From the NCBI GenBank assembly GCA_965205675.1, contig OZ242186.1, forward strand, positions 1,760,001-1,824,000: a stretch of DNA of 64,000 nt, in the 5' to 3' direction. Shown piece after piece: positions 1 to 11,046 of the stretch. The translations under genes and the position numbers were made by a program. Under the pieces are notes generated by a model that was not told the origin of the DNA, searched no databases, and was given only the letters and a program-made list of their open reading frames with translations. Origin of the DNA: Nitrosopumilus sp. (GTDB lineage: Archaea > Thermoproteota > Nitrososphaeria > Nitrososphaerales > Nitrosopumilaceae). Within the stretch, counting starts at the first letter, position 1. Every line of letters begins with the position of its first letter.

Positions 1-82
1 CCAATTGAATTAGCGTTGATGTTACATATGCCATCAATGGTTTCTTACCAATGAATACGGTGTCTCGAGTTTCAGTTGACAT
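1..82 (-). CDS. albA: Alba chromatin protein, N-terminal part (runs off window)
   Basis: Manual translation MSTETRDTVFIGKKPLMAYVTSTLIQL contains the Alba IGKKPxMxY motif. Confidence 0.85.
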   Translation of the reverse strand, partial: MSTETRDTVFIGKKPLMAYVTSTLIQL

Positions 83-197
83 ATAAAATTCAGTATTTAA
101 GGATAATTTAAAGCTAAAAGGGTATTTTCGAATTAAATGAAAAAAAATTGAAACAAATTAATCAATATTAACTAGAAAAAAGGAATATAGTCAGAAC

Positions 198-734
198 TTG
201 GAAAATATTTCAAAAGTTTTAGAATTGGGGAATAGTGAAGAAAAAATCAAAATTTTGAAAGGTTTGAATGATATAGACGATCTACAAATATTAGAAAAAG
301 TAATTTCAAAATTAGATGACGATGATCTTAGAGTAAGAGGAGAAGCATTTAGTTTGCTTTTACTAAACAAAAATAAAATTTCAGATTTTTTAATCAACAA
401 CTTGAATGCTACAAGTAAAAACATTAGAGGTTTTGTTTCACTTGTATTAGCAAATAGAAATGATACCTCAGCTATTCCAGAAATAATCAAACTTGCAAAA
501 GATAAACACTCAATGGTTAGATCATGTGCACTTGGAGCATTAGGTCACCTAAAGGCCATAGAAGCTAAAGAAGTTTTTCTTGCAGGATTATTAGATTCCA
601 ACATAGAAGTCAAGAAAAGTGCATTACAAGCAGTGATTGATCTGAAAATTACAATATCAAAAGAAAAAATTAATGACATTTTTAAAGAAAAAGATTCTGA
701 AATAAAAAAAATGATTTTGTTAATCAGTAGATAG
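198..734 (+). CDS. HEAT-repeat protein
   Basis: Repeated LxDxxxxVRxxA units; stop codon lies inside the adjacent ISH3 terminal repeat. Confidence 0.8.
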   Translation: MENISKVLELGNSEEKIKILKGLNDIDDLQILEKVISKLDDDDLRVRGEAFSLLLLNKNKISDFLINNLNATSKNIRGFVSLVLANRNDTSAIPEIIKLAKDKHSMVRSCALGALGHLKAIEAKEVFLAGLLDSNIEVKKSALQAVIDLKITISKEKINDIFKEKDSEIKKMILLISR

Positions 735-1430
735 GAAAGTGCTCAATTTAGATCAAAAAATAACGATCATTTCCTCAAATTATTCAGATAGAAAAAGCTT
801 GCTGAAAGTGTGCAGTTCCATCAAATATGAATCAGCATACTATTACTAGCACTGCACACCGATACGATATCTCACAGCAGACATTTGAAAAGTTACATCA
901 AACATTCTACTACACTGTTTTGTCATTTGGATTCTCTACCATATACAATTCAAAGTATGGATTACCAAATATGATAAATGCACTAATTGCCATTTGCATT
1001 GGAAATTCGTATGCAGAATCCACGATTAAAAAGACTGGAAATAGAGTCGCATCTCAAAAAGGCACCATCAAATTCTTAGTTGATTGACTCAATTAAGAAA
1101 ATCCCAGAACAAAACATGATGGTGATTCAGATAATGGATGCAATATATAGATGGCACAATACAAGACCTCAAAAAGATCGGAATGTTTGCAGAACCCGTC
1201 ACTGTTGCAATTGACAAGCATCTCAGTCCAAGATATGACAAGAGTTCAGATGAGTTTGCAGATAAAATTGATGGCGAAAAAGTATAACGCATTTTGAGAG
1301 ATACTGTACGATGAGTAATGTAACAGAATCCTGCAGAGCCTGTCTTGGTGCATTACATGCTCACACCACACGAGTCAAACTCTATTTTTGTACGTGAATT
1401 GATTAGCAATTGCATCAAAAATGATACGTA
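725..1430 (+). mobile_element. ISH3-family element, left end and degraded transposase
   Basis: CAGTAGATAGGAAAGTGCTCA terminus; fragments CIGNSYAES and EPVTVAIDKHLSPRYDK match the transposase at 40239-41342; stops and frameshifts. Confidence 0.8.
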
Positions 1431-1850
1431 CGTTACCTGTCCTACTCTAGAGAAGTCTAGACCGTTGTGATAGAATCTGTAAATGCTCCTTGCTCAAGTC
1501 AGGACATGCTCAAATTTGCAGAAATAGTGTGGTACAAAGCTGCTGCGATTGCAATGTTTGAAGTCAAAAAAGAGTGAATGAAATTATGATTAGAAAAATC
1601 CTTCGAGCCAACACTTGAGAGGGTGCTGATCCAATAGTAGAAGCAATTGGTAAGAAAATTATCTTTACTGTTCAAAATCAGAATAAAAACTATGCAACAA
1701 GTTGTCTTCAATACTAACTAAAGTAACAAATTAGGTTTTTTAAAATTAGTTTTCTTTTTTATTTTTAGATTATAACTTGAATACTTATAGTGTTGACTTT
1801 TATTTACCGTACATGATAACTGATGATTTGATTACATTCATAGGATTCCA

Positions 1851-3335
1851 ATGCTTGAAATCAATCCACAATTATCAGGATTTGAAGATATGAATAAAAA
1901 ATACATCGTATTGATTCCATTGTTACTTGCATGTGTAATTCATCTCATAAATCCAGTTGGATTTCCAGATGTTTTTTTTGATGAGGGAATATACATGAGA
2001 AGAGCAATGAATACAATAGATACCGGTAATCCTCAAGAAAGTTATCTGTATGATCACCCATATTTTGGTCAGATAATTCTTGCAGGTGTTTTACAGATTA
2101 CAAATTATCCACATAATGAAACTACAACTGATCCTACATCATTACAGAATCTATATCTTATTCCAAGATTATTCATGGGAATGATTGCAATATTGAGTAC
2201 TTTTCTTGTGTATCAAATTGCAAAAGAAAAATTTAGCAACAATGTTGCCTTGCTTTCATCTACATTGTTTGCAGTAATGCCATACACGTGGATTTTAGAT
2301 AGAATATTACTAGATTCTATACTTTTACCATTTCTCCTCACATCTATTTTGTTTGCAATTCATTTTGCAAAACCTCAAAGCAAAATGTACCTTGCTCCAC
2401 TTTCTGGGATAATGTTGGGATTGGCAATATTTACAAAGATTCCAATATTTGTTTTCATCCCTCTTGGATTTTGGCTAATTTTTCAAAAGAGAGAAAAATA
2501 TCAAGATATTCTGATTTGGATAATACCTGTATTGTTAATTCCAATGCTATGGCCTATAAACAGCATAATCCTAGATCAATTTGATTTATGGATTAAAGAT
2601 GTATTATGGCAGTCTGAAAGAAGTAGCAGTATTTTAGAAATCATAGGTTATTTCCTAGTAATTGATCCAATGTTATTTGTAATTGGGATGATAGGTATAG
2701 CATATGCTGCAATTACACGAAACAAGTTTGTCTTATTTTGGTTTGTCCCATTTATGGCATTCATATCATTGATTGGATTTAAGCAATATTTTCATTGGAT
2801 ACCAATAATACCGATTTTATGTATAGGAGCAAGTGTTTGGTTATTAGACATACCTAAAAAAATCAAATACGTTCAATCAAAAGCAATTCATAGAATAATC
2901 ATTGTATCCATTCTAACATTTGGATTTTCAAGTACAATGCTCATTATAACTAATGACATATCATACAACCAATTTGAAGCATTGTCATATGTGATTGAAA
3001 ATAAGAAAGAACAAAATACGATATTGGCAAGTCCAATATATTCTTGGATCCTTTATGACATATACAATATAGAAAACGTTCCATTAGACTATTCAGCAGT
3101 GTTATTTTACCCGATTGAAACTGAAAATATTACAGTTATTGCAGATTCGCATTTCATATTGGATCAAAACAGAGGTCTAGAAATTGTCAAAGCATACAAT
3201 GATACTGAATCCATAAAATATTTTGAAGGCCGAATAAATGAATTTAACACTGAAATATATCCATATACAAATATGAAGGTAACCCAAGAAGGATTCTCCA
3301 TAGATATCAGAGAAGGAAAATGGGATAAACCATAA
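1851..3335 (+). CDS. GT-C membrane glycosyltransferase (PMT/ArnT-like, GT39/83)
   Basis: DEGIY and YDHPYFG motifs, many TM segments, AIFTK motif. Confidence 0.8.
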   Translation: MLEINPQLSGFEDMNKKYIVLIPLLLACVIHLINPVGFPDVFFDEGIYMRRAMNTIDTGNPQESYLYDHPYFGQIILAGVLQITNYPHNETTTDPTSLQNLYLIPRLFMGMIAILSTFLVYQIAKEKFSNNVALLSSTLFAVMPYTWILDRILLDSILLPFLLTSILFAIHFAKPQSKMYLAPLSGIMLGLAIFTKIPIFVFIPLGFWLIFQKREKYQDILIWIIPVLLIPMLWPINSIILDQFDLWIKDVLWQSERSSSILEIIGYFLVIDPMLFVIGMIGIAYAAITRNKFVLFWFVPFMAFISLIGFKQYFHWIPIIPILCIGASVWLLDIPKKIKYVQSKAIHRIIIVSILTFGFSSTMLIITNDISYNQFEALSYVIENKKEQNTILASPIYSWILYDIYNIENVPLDYSAVLFYPIETENITVIADSHFILDQNRGLEIVKAYNDTESIKYFEGRINEFNTEIYPYTNMKVTQEGFSIDIREGKWDKP

Positions 3336-3401
3336 AAATAAAAAACATATTACATGTTTTCATATAAATTCAAGAAATAATTATAAAAAATAAATAAAAT
3401 T

Positions 3402-3760
3402 TAGGCATAATGCTTTACAAAAATAAAATCATTCATCAACAAAGCATTCTCTTTACAACCCTTGAATTCTTTATTTTTGTTATGCAGTTGTAATACATTG
3501 TCAGCTCGTATATCATTACACAACTCAATACAAATGATCTTACATTCTACAATCCTTTTACTGGAACTGTTCTAATTCCAAATTAGTCTTTGAATATTTT
3601 AAATGGAAGATCAATTGAGATTTTTCTATCAGAGTATACTTCTTGGCCTATTGTAGAATTGTAAAACTCTACAAACATGATTCTGTTTGGAGGAGTATGC
3701 GAGTATTGTTTTATTGAAGTAATCCATTTTAGATGTTTCTTGTTGCAAACCAACTGTGAC
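3402..3760 (-). mobile_element. Remnant of DDE IS (family of 14633-15845), C-terminus and right end
   Basis: Translates to ...TPPNRI...IRTVPVKG...YYNCI...RVVKRMLC with stops; degenerate TIR ggcataat. Confidence 0.75.
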
Positions 3761-3769
3761 AATATACCT

Positions 3770-3867
3770 ATTCAAATTATACATTGAGAAAATAATTGTT
3801 GATTGGTTTTGAGATAGAAAAAAATATCATTTGAAATACAAGAGATGAGTTACTTTCTCATTTACTA
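3770..3867 (+). mobile_element. ISH3 right-end remnant
   Basis: TGAGTTACTTTCTCATTTACTA resembles right TIR TGAGTTACTTTCCCATCTACTG at 41340-41361. Confidence 0.55.
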
Positions 3868-4048
3868 CTTATAGAGTCAGATCAGAAAAGTTTGAACATA
3901 ACAAACTATTTTCATATAATAAATTTCAAATTTTAATGTCTTATCATCCATCAAAACAAAATACCCAAACAGATAGAACTAACTTGTAGCCAATGGTCTA
4001 TAGTGTGTGCAAAAACAAAAAAATAATAAAATAGAAGACAGAAGTTTT

Positions 4049-4144
4049 CTACGGGTTATCCTTTACAATGCCATGCAGTAGGCTCTGACATGTAACACGA
4101 CAATAGGATATTATGTCTGAATATCCCTCTTGTTCTGTCTTCAT
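4049..4144 (-). CDS. Candidate 31-aa peptide MKTEQEGYSDIISYCRVTCQSLLHGIVKDNP (alternatively structured RNA)
   Basis: ATG about 25 nt downstream of a TTTATTA box; region also bounded by a 10-bp inverted repeat. Confidence 0.35.
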   Translation of the reverse strand: MKTEQEGYSDIISYCRVTCQSLLHGIVKDNP

Positions 4145-4598
4145 TACATATAGAGCGTAATGAATAATAAAGCAGATCTAAGAAATAGTATAAATTTATA
4201 TATTTTTAATTTAATTTTTAAATAAATTTTAAGATTTTATCTGGAATTCTTTAAATTTCTTTTTCTCATATAGTATGACTGATGGGGTCTATCATACCTG
4301 TTGAGATTCAAAAAGAATGGACTTTGAGGAAAATAAACAGATAGAAAAAGGAAGACGTGGAAGGATAGAAGTATATCTAAGATTCATCTAGTTTTTCATG
4401 ATATCTCGTTTCCTATTTCGTCACGAATTAGATTTTGTTTATAATAAACATACATGATTCACCAGTAGGATCTATATACCAAGTTTACATAATCATATTA
4501 AATTGGAATTCTCACCAAGTAACTAATCGTTGTTGGTCTTAAGTTCCAATTTTTTATAATCAATAACCTTAATTGTAAAATAATGATCAACAAAAATA

Positions 4599-6182
4599 TT
4601 GAAAGAAACTATGTTTAGTGTTATAGTATTTTTATTAATTCCAGTAGCGTTTGCAGAAGAATATCCCGAACTGGGAGTACAGATTGAAACTGTAGCAGAT
4701 AATTTAACCATACCATGGAGTATTGATTGGTTACCAGATGGGACTGTTCTATTTACTGAAAGAAATGGAAATCTGAGGGTCATACAAGATGGAGAATTGT
4801 TAGAAGATCCTTTACTATCATTAGTAGTTGGAGGTGTAGAAGGAGGACTGTTAGGGATAGCAGTTGATCCTAATTATTCAGAAAATAATTACATCTATCT
4901 GTACTATACTTACAATGAATTTATTTCAACAACAAATAAGTTGGTTCGCTATCAACTAACAGATGGAATACTAACTGAGAATAAAATATTGATAGATGGA
5001 ATTCCTGGTGGACCATTTCATGATGGGGGACGAATTCAGTTTGGTCCAGATAGAAAACTCTACATCACAACAGGCGAAGCTGGCAATCCAAATTTATCGC
5101 AGGATCTAAACTCATTGGGAGGAAAAATTCTAAGAATTAATTCTGATGGAACAATACCTGATGATAATCCATGGAAAGATTCTGCAATATACACAATAGG
5201 GCACAGAAATCCACAGGGAATTGACTGGGATGAGGCAGGTAATCTTGTTGCAACAGAGCACGGACCATCTGGACTTAGAGGTTCTGCACATGATGAGATT
5301 AATGTAATAGTTTCAAGTATGAATTATGGCTGGCCTGACATTATTGGTAGTGAATCTCAAGAAAACCTGCAACCTCCAATCTTGCATACGGGAGATGACA
5401 CATGGGCACCATCAGGTGCAGAGTTTTACAATGCAGATAAAATCCCACAATGGACTGGAAAATATTTTGTTGCAACATTGAGAGGAAATCATTTGCATAT
5501 GATGGATTTTGATTTAGAAAACAACAAAGTAAATTCACATGAAAAATTATTTCAAAACGAATTTGGAAGACTGCGAGATGTACAAACAGGGCCTGATGGA
5601 TATCTATACCTCCTAACTAGTAATCAAGATGGAAGAGGTAATCCACAAATCAATGATGATAGAATTCTCAGAATACTACCAATGAATACAGTAATGAATA
5701 GTTTTGAGGATTGCGTAGCAGCTGGCAATCCAATAATGGAATCATATCTAAGACAATGCAATACTATAGATGGATTGCATTTTATAGAAAAAATAGAATT
5801 GTGTGTTAATGTTTCAAAGGAGAATCCAATACACATCAAAGTAGAAACTGAAGATACAAAAAATAGTACCGGAGTCAAAGTGGAAGGCTGTGTATCAGAA
5901 ATTGCACATTTTAAAGAAATAAACATCAAAGTGCTTGATCCCAACGGAGAATTTGTTACAGGTGGCACAGTGGTTCCAGAATCAGATGGTACTTTTGTAA
6001 GAATTTTTGAGCAAGAATTTTTAGTAGATGGAATATATTCTGTAATTGCTGATGCAAACAATGAATCTTTTGTAACAGAAACTTTTTCTGTTGCACCTGA
6101 ATTTGGAGGAATTGTAATAGTTATTTTGGCAACCAGTATTATTATGATAGTTATTGTATCAATAACAAGACTACAAATTTGA
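4599..6182 (+). CDS. PQQ-dependent glucose/sorbosone dehydrogenase with PEFG-CTERM sorting signal
   Basis: HDGGRIQFGPD, GHRNPQG, GRLRDV motifs; signal peptide; C-terminal APEFG + TM. Confidence 0.9.
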   Translation: MKETMFSVIVFLLIPVAFAEEYPELGVQIETVADNLTIPWSIDWLPDGTVLFTERNGNLRVIQDGELLEDPLLSLVVGGVEGGLLGIAVDPNYSENNYIYLYYTYNEFISTTNKLVRYQLTDGILTENKILIDGIPGGPFHDGGRIQFGPDRKLYITTGEAGNPNLSQDLNSLGGKILRINSDGTIPDDNPWKDSAIYTIGHRNPQGIDWDEAGNLVATEHGPSGLRGSAHDEINVIVSSMNYGWPDIIGSESQENLQPPILHTGDDTWAPSGAEFYNADKIPQWTGKYFVATLRGNHLHMMDFDLENNKVNSHEKLFQNEFGRLRDVQTGPDGYLYLLTSNQDGRGNPQINDDRILRILPMNTVMNSFEDCVAAGNPIMESYLRQCNTIDGLHFIEKIELCVNVSKENPIHIKVETEDTKNSTGVKVEGCVSEIAHFKEINIKVLDPNGEFVTGGTVVPESDGTFVRIFEQEFLVDGIYSVIADANNESFVTETFSVAPEFGGIVIVILATSIIMIVIVSITRLQI

Positions 6183-6192
6183 GGCACATATA

Positions 6193-6984
6193 ATGGAATT
6201 AAAAATAGGCTGTACTGGATGGAGCTATCAAGGATGGTCCGGTACATTTTATCCCAAAAATCTAAAAAGTTCAGAATGGCTAAAATACTATTCTCATCTT
6301 TTTGATATTACTGAGATAAACTCTACATTTTACAAAATTCCAGCACAAGAGATTGTAAGAAGATGGAATGCAGAGACTCCCAGACATTTCAAGTTTACAG
6401 CAAAATTCCCATCAGTCATTACGCATGAAAAAAAACTAGATAGAGTAAATTCAGAAGTCTTTTCATTTTTATCATCATTGGCTCCAATTCATGAAAAGAT
6501 TTCAGCGCTTGTACTACAACTGCCACCATCATTATCATTTGAGGAGATAAAACCGAGGCTAGGAGAACTCTTTGATTTACTACCCAAGGATTTTGTATAT
6601 CCAATAGAAGGACGACATAAATCTTGGTTCTCAAATAATGCAATAACATATCTGAGACAAAATAAACACTGTCTTGTATGGAATGCAGTTTCAGGAATAA
6701 ACAATCCAATGCCAATTACCTCAAACTATCTTTATGTTAGATTGATTGGAGACAGAACTATCCCATATTCAAAATTTGGTAAGGTTACACAAAACAAAGA
6801 AAAAGAAATAGCTAGTTGGGCAAAAAAACTCAAAGAAATAAAAGATATTCCATATGCGATGATAATGACAAACAATCACTTTGAAGGGTTTGGTCCTGCA
6901 ACTGCAAATTCATTGAGAATGCAGCTTGGAATGCGTGAATTGATTTGGGAAGAAAAGAAACAGAAAACACTAGGTAGTTTTTAG
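6193..6984 (+). CDS. DUF72 (YecE-like) protein
   Basis: IGCTGWSY, EINSTFY, LQLPPS, YVRLIG motifs. Confidence 0.9.
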   Translation: MELKIGCTGWSYQGWSGTFYPKNLKSSEWLKYYSHLFDITEINSTFYKIPAQEIVRRWNAETPRHFKFTAKFPSVITHEKKLDRVNSEVFSFLSSLAPIHEKISALVLQLPPSLSFEEIKPRLGELFDLLPKDFVYPIEGRHKSWFSNNAITYLRQNKHCLVWNAVSGINNPMPITSNYLYVRLIGDRTIPYSKFGKVTQNKEKEIASWAKKLKEIKDIPYAMIMTNNHFEGFGPATANSLRMQLGMRELIWEEKKQKTLGSF

Positions 6985-7216
6985 AAACTAAACTAAACTC
7001 TGGAAAAAATGATAATTGGCAACTATCAACTAATTGCATTAAATTCTACTGCAAGCTACAGAATAACAAAACATGGCAGCTTCAAGACAACTCTGTTTGG
7101 AGGAGAATCTATAGTTATGGAAATTGGAAGTCATGGTGTACTGTATATATTCAAATCAAAAATGTCATGGAATTTGTACGTTCTATAATTCCATTCTTGT
7201 CTAAAAGAAACTAGTA

Positions 7217-7942
7217 TCAAATAGAAATATCTCTATCAGAACCATATGATCTCTTTTCTGGAACGTCATGAACATCAAGGGACGCCAAATATCTCAGCTG
7301 TTCTGAGTGTAATTTGTCACTACCAAATGATATCAAGATTCTATCATTGTGATTAATCTCATAAGATAAAATATCAGACATCGTTTTTCCATTTACCATG
7401 AAAACAAGGGAGTTTTTCTCATCAGCACAAAATGCTTCATCAGATATTGCATCATTTGTACCCAATACAATACAATTCTGACTAACCTCTATCTCAAATG
7501 ATGAAAACAACATATCTAGGGGTACGCCAGTCGCATGCTTGTGAATCTGGTATGGGTTGTGGTTCTCAAAATGAATATACTTGCTTTGTAATTGAAACTG
7601 TGGTAATCCAAAGTTTATCTTATCTCCTTCCACAAAAACTGCAATTGCAGCATGTGCATGATTACTACCAAGTTGACCAACATTATACTTTATAGCCATT
7701 TTTTGTTCTGCAGTCTTAAATGATGTATTATCCATAATTTGAGAATTAATCTCATTTTGGTTTACAAAGTAATATGAAAACACGCCAGCTGATACCAAAA
7801 TAAAAGCAACTACTGCCAACATCAGGATTCTACTTTTGGGTTTTGTCTCCACTGGTGAAACAAAATATGCAGCATCACTCTCATCTGCTCTCCCTGGAAG
7901 AGAATAATCCGAGTTCTCATTAGGCAATGCACTATCAGACAA
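7217..7942 (-). CDS. Membrane-anchored His-motif hypothetical protein
   Basis: One TM; HAHA and IHFE...IHKH motifs. Confidence 0.7.
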   Translation of the reverse strand: MSDSALPNENSDYSLPGRADESDAAYFVSPVETKPKSRILMLAVVAFILVSAGVFSYYFVNQNEINSQIMDNTSFKTAEQKMAIKYNVGQLGSNHAHAAIAVFVEGDKINFGLPQFQLQSKYIHFENHNPYQIHKHATGVPLDMLFSSFEIEVSQNCIVLGTNDAISDEAFCADEKNSLVFMVNGKTMSDILSYEINHNDRILISFGSDKLHSEQLRYLASLDVHDVPEKRSYGSDRDISI

Positions 7943-8064
7943 ACATTATTCATAATTCATTCTAGCTATAAATTTCCATAATGTAAAATTTAGATACAAT
8001 AACCTAGCTCTAACATGACTAGATTTGAAAATCATTTCATTAAAGCATCACTATACTATACCAT

Positions 8065-8262
8065 CTAGACACCAAATGACTTGAATTTTTCACATTTTGG
8101 ACAATTCGTTCCTCTAGTTTCTGTGCCACATTTTTTACAGTACACATCAATTCCTACTATTTCACGTGAACCTGTTTTTGATATTTTGACAATCAAAATA
8201 ATCACTAGTAAAACACCTAAGACAATTCCAATATATGCAAGTACCATACATTCTATATGCAT
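8065..8262 (-). CDS. Small membrane protein with zinc ribbon
   Basis: TM followed by CKKC...CPKC. Confidence 0.65.
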   Translation of the reverse strand: MHIECMVLAYIGIVLGVLLVIILIVKISKTGSREIVGIDVYCKKCGTETRGTNCPKCEKFKSFGV

Positions 8263-8282
8263 TCACATCTTAAAAATCAATT

Positions 8283-8492
8283 CTATACATTCAAAACATA
8301 TTGGTTTGCTAAAATTCTCTTAATATCATCAATGTATTGTCGTCTTGTACTACCAACAAATCCCCAACGTAACTCCATAGCCTCTTCTGACACTTGATAT
8401 ACCAAATCAATTTCTTCTTTTGCATCTAGTTCTTTTTCTGCAATAACTAACAGTTCTTGCAGGCAAGTTTTTCTCTTCATGTGTGGGTACAA
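8283..8492 (-). CDS. Hypothetical protein (likely start MKRKTC)
   Basis: ORF track; co-oriented with neighbours. Confidence 0.55.
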   Translation of the reverse strand: MYPHMKRKTCLQELLVIAEKELDAKEEIDLVYQVSEEAMELRWGFVGSTRRQYIDDIKRILANQYVLNV

Positions 8493-8673
8493 CTGCCCAT
8501 AGATTACACAATTCCATCATGATCTAAAAATATCACTATACACTTATCATTTATCTATATTCTGAATCACAAATCACATCAAAAAGATCCTTTATAATGA
8601 TATACAATTTTTTTGGAATATAGTTTATTTGGCTAATATTGAAGAAAGCATTGTAGATGTGTAGAATATTATT

Positions 8674-9234
8674 TTGAATATAGTAAAAAGTGCTGAATTA
8701 TTTGCAAAAAACAAACATGCAGGACAATTCAGAATAGACGGAATTATTCCATACTCTAAACACTTAGAAGATGTTGTAAATAGACTCAAAAGTTTGGGCG
8801 TAATTGATGAGCAAATATTTTGTGCAGGATGGCTACACGATGTAATTGAAAGTACAGAAACAACTTTTGATGATTTGTATGAGCAATTTGAAAGTGAAAT
8901 TGCAGTGTTGGTATCCTCCATATCAAAAGACATGTCATTATCTAGGAAAAAAAGAAATCAAGCATATACAATTCAACTCAAAGAATCATCGTTTGGTGCA
9001 AAACTAATCAAACTGTGTGATATTTCTGCAAACTTGAGTGAGTTGAAAACCTATCAAGCATCAAAATCAAAGAAGATACGACTAGTAAAGCAACAAAGAT
9101 ACTATCTTAGTATTATCAAAAATGATCTCATTGGGAATCCAAACTATCCATATGTCCAATCTTTAATAGATAGTGCCAATGTAATTTTTAGAAAATTTAA
9201 CCAGAGACCAATATCATTTCGAGTAAAATCCTAA
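8674..9234 (+). CDS. HD-domain protein, RelA/SpoT hydrolase (Mesh1)-like
   Basis: HAGQFR...PY..H, AGWLHDVIE, IKLCD motifs. Confidence 0.85.
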   Translation: MNIVKSAELFAKNKHAGQFRIDGIIPYSKHLEDVVNRLKSLGVIDEQIFCAGWLHDVIESTETTFDDLYEQFESEIAVLVSSISKDMSLSRKKRNQAYTIQLKESSFGAKLIKLCDISANLSELKTYQASKSKKIRLVKQQRYYLSIIKNDLIGNPNYPYVQSLIDSANVIFRKFNQRPISFRVKS

Positions 9235-9290
9235 AACCAGTCTCAAAATTTACTCTATAATCTTAAATCTACAAATTTTATAGATAACAC

Positions 9291-9698
9291 ATGACTGAAA
9301 ATAAAAATTCTGATGATTATAGCGTATTTGAAGAGATAAGCAAAAAATATTTCTTAGAAGTTGAACATACAGTTCCACACATTCAGCAAACACTATTTGA
9401 TTTACAAAACGAATACTACAAGTCAGTAAAGCATGCAGTTGATGCAAACATCAAACTATGTCAAGAATTCCTATCTGACTCTGGATTCAAACTACCACAG
9501 GCAGCAAAAGATATCATAACAAACATGGGCGAAGAATCTACAAAGTGTCGCTCAATGTACAACAAACTCGCAATACAAAATGTAGAATATATCAAAAATA
9601 ATGTAAAGGCCTGGAATGATAATGCAGATGCAATAGTAGAGATGAATCATAGAATCCTACGCTATTGGTTCTCTGTATTTTCTAAAAATACAAAATAA
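9291..9698 (+). CDS. Hypothetical helical protein
   Basis: 135-aa ORF. Confidence 0.65.
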   Translation: MTENKNSDDYSVFEEISKKYFLEVEHTVPHIQQTLFDLQNEYYKSVKHAVDANIKLCQEFLSDSGFKLPQAAKDIITNMGEESTKCRSMYNKLAIQNVEYIKNNVKAWNDNADAIVEMNHRILRYWFSVFSKNTK

Positions 9699-9762
9699 CT
9701 CATATTTTGATAAGAACTCTCACAGAAATATCTAAATCACAATCATTTGGAAACTAGTTATC

Positions 9763-11046
9763 TTGGAACTACCACGTGGGATGAAAGACTTTGAAGGTGC
9801 AGAAAACGCAAACATTGAACATATCAGGTCACATTTTAAGAAACTATCGACTTTGTATGGATTCTCCTTTATGGACCCATCCCCTATAGAATTACTATCA
9901 ACTTTGGAGACAAAATCTGGTCCTGGAATAAGAGATGAGATTTACTATTTCAAAGACAAAGGAGACAGAGAAGTAGCATTACGTTTTGATTTTACAATGG
10001 GGCTGACAAGATATGCGTCTGCTCAAAAATCAATGAAACTGCCTGCAAAAATCTCAGCCTTTGGTGGGGTGTTCAGATACGATGAACCACAAAAAGGAAG
10101 ATATCGATATTTTCACCAATGGGATATCGAAGTTTATGGTAAAGCCCGCCTTGAATCAGAAGCTGAAATTATAGAAATTACCTCAAGACTATTTGATTCT
10201 TTATTGCTCAAAGATATCACAATTGATATTAATCACAGAAATCTTGTAGAGTCTTACATCAACAAAGTGTTTGATTCCAAAGAACCACAGCTAGTTGCAG
10301 ATATTTTACGAGCAATAGACAAAATTACAAAAAAATCAAAACAACAGATCCTAGAAGAATTTGAAAATAAAGGATATGCAACTGAAAAACTAGAAAAAAT
10401 ATTACAATTCTCACAAATCAAAGGAACTATACAAAAAATAGAAGACACATTTGATGTCTCCCAACTAGAATCCTGGGATAAACTAAAAGCACTAGTTGAG
10501 TCATTAAATAATAGAGGCGTATCAAATGTTAGAATTAATTTCGGTATAGTACGAGGACTGGATTATTATTCGGGAATCGTCTTTGAAGTATTTGATAAAA
10601 ATTCCACTCTGGGTGCATTAGCTGGTGGTGGACGATACGATACTCTAACTAAAGCATTTGGTAGAGAAGACATTGGTGCAACAGGTGTTGCAGGTGGAGT
10701 GGAGAGAATAATGCTAACCATGCAAGAGCAAAAAATAATTCCTCAGACAAACCAAAACAGAGTTGCAGTACTATACATCAATGAAGAGATGCAAAAGGTA
10801 GCTCATTCTATCACATCACTACTAAGACTAAATAATATCCCAACTGACATTGATTTGGCAGGGCGTAACATGAAAAAACAGATGGATATTGCAACTCATG
10901 CAAAGTTTGCAATTATAGTAGGACCTCAAGAACTAGAAAATGGAAATGTAATACTCAAAGATATGGTAAATAGTACTGAAGGAACTATATCCCTAGAGAA
11001 ACTAACTGAAGACCCAAAATCTATTCTTAATTTAGAAACGCTCTAG
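9763..11046 (+). CDS. hisS: Histidyl-tRNA synthetase
   Basis: PRGMKD, GRYRYFHQ, RGLDYY, GGGRYD motifs. Confidence 0.97.
   Translation: MELPRGMKDFEGAENANIEHIRSHFKKLSTLYGFSFMDPSPIELLSTLETKSGPGIRDEIYYFKDKGDREVALRFDFTMGLTRYASAQKSMKLPAKISAFGGVFRYDEPQKGRYRYFHQWDIEVYGKARLESEAEIIEITSRLFDSLLLKDITIDINHRNLVESYINKVFDSKEPQLVADILRAIDKITKKSKQQILEEFENKGYATEKLEKILQFSQIKGTIQKIEDTFDVSQLESWDKLKALVESLNNRGVSNVRINFGIVRGLDYYSGIVFEVFDKNSTLGALAGGGRYDTLTKAFGREDIGATGVAGGVERIMLTMQEQKIIPQTNQNRVAVLYINEEMQKVAHSITSLLRLNNIPTDIDLAGRNMKKQMDIATHAKFAIIVGPQELENGNVILKDMVNSTEGTISLEKLTEDPKSILNLETL

Noticed and set aside
1430-1720. Coding-like remnant after the ISH3 fragment
   Set aside because: Multiple stops and no recognisable family
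5624-6247. 207-aa minus-strand ORF and similar antisense ORFs (e.g. 11760-12278, 30224-30730)
   Set aside because: Overlap well-supported genes on the opposite strand
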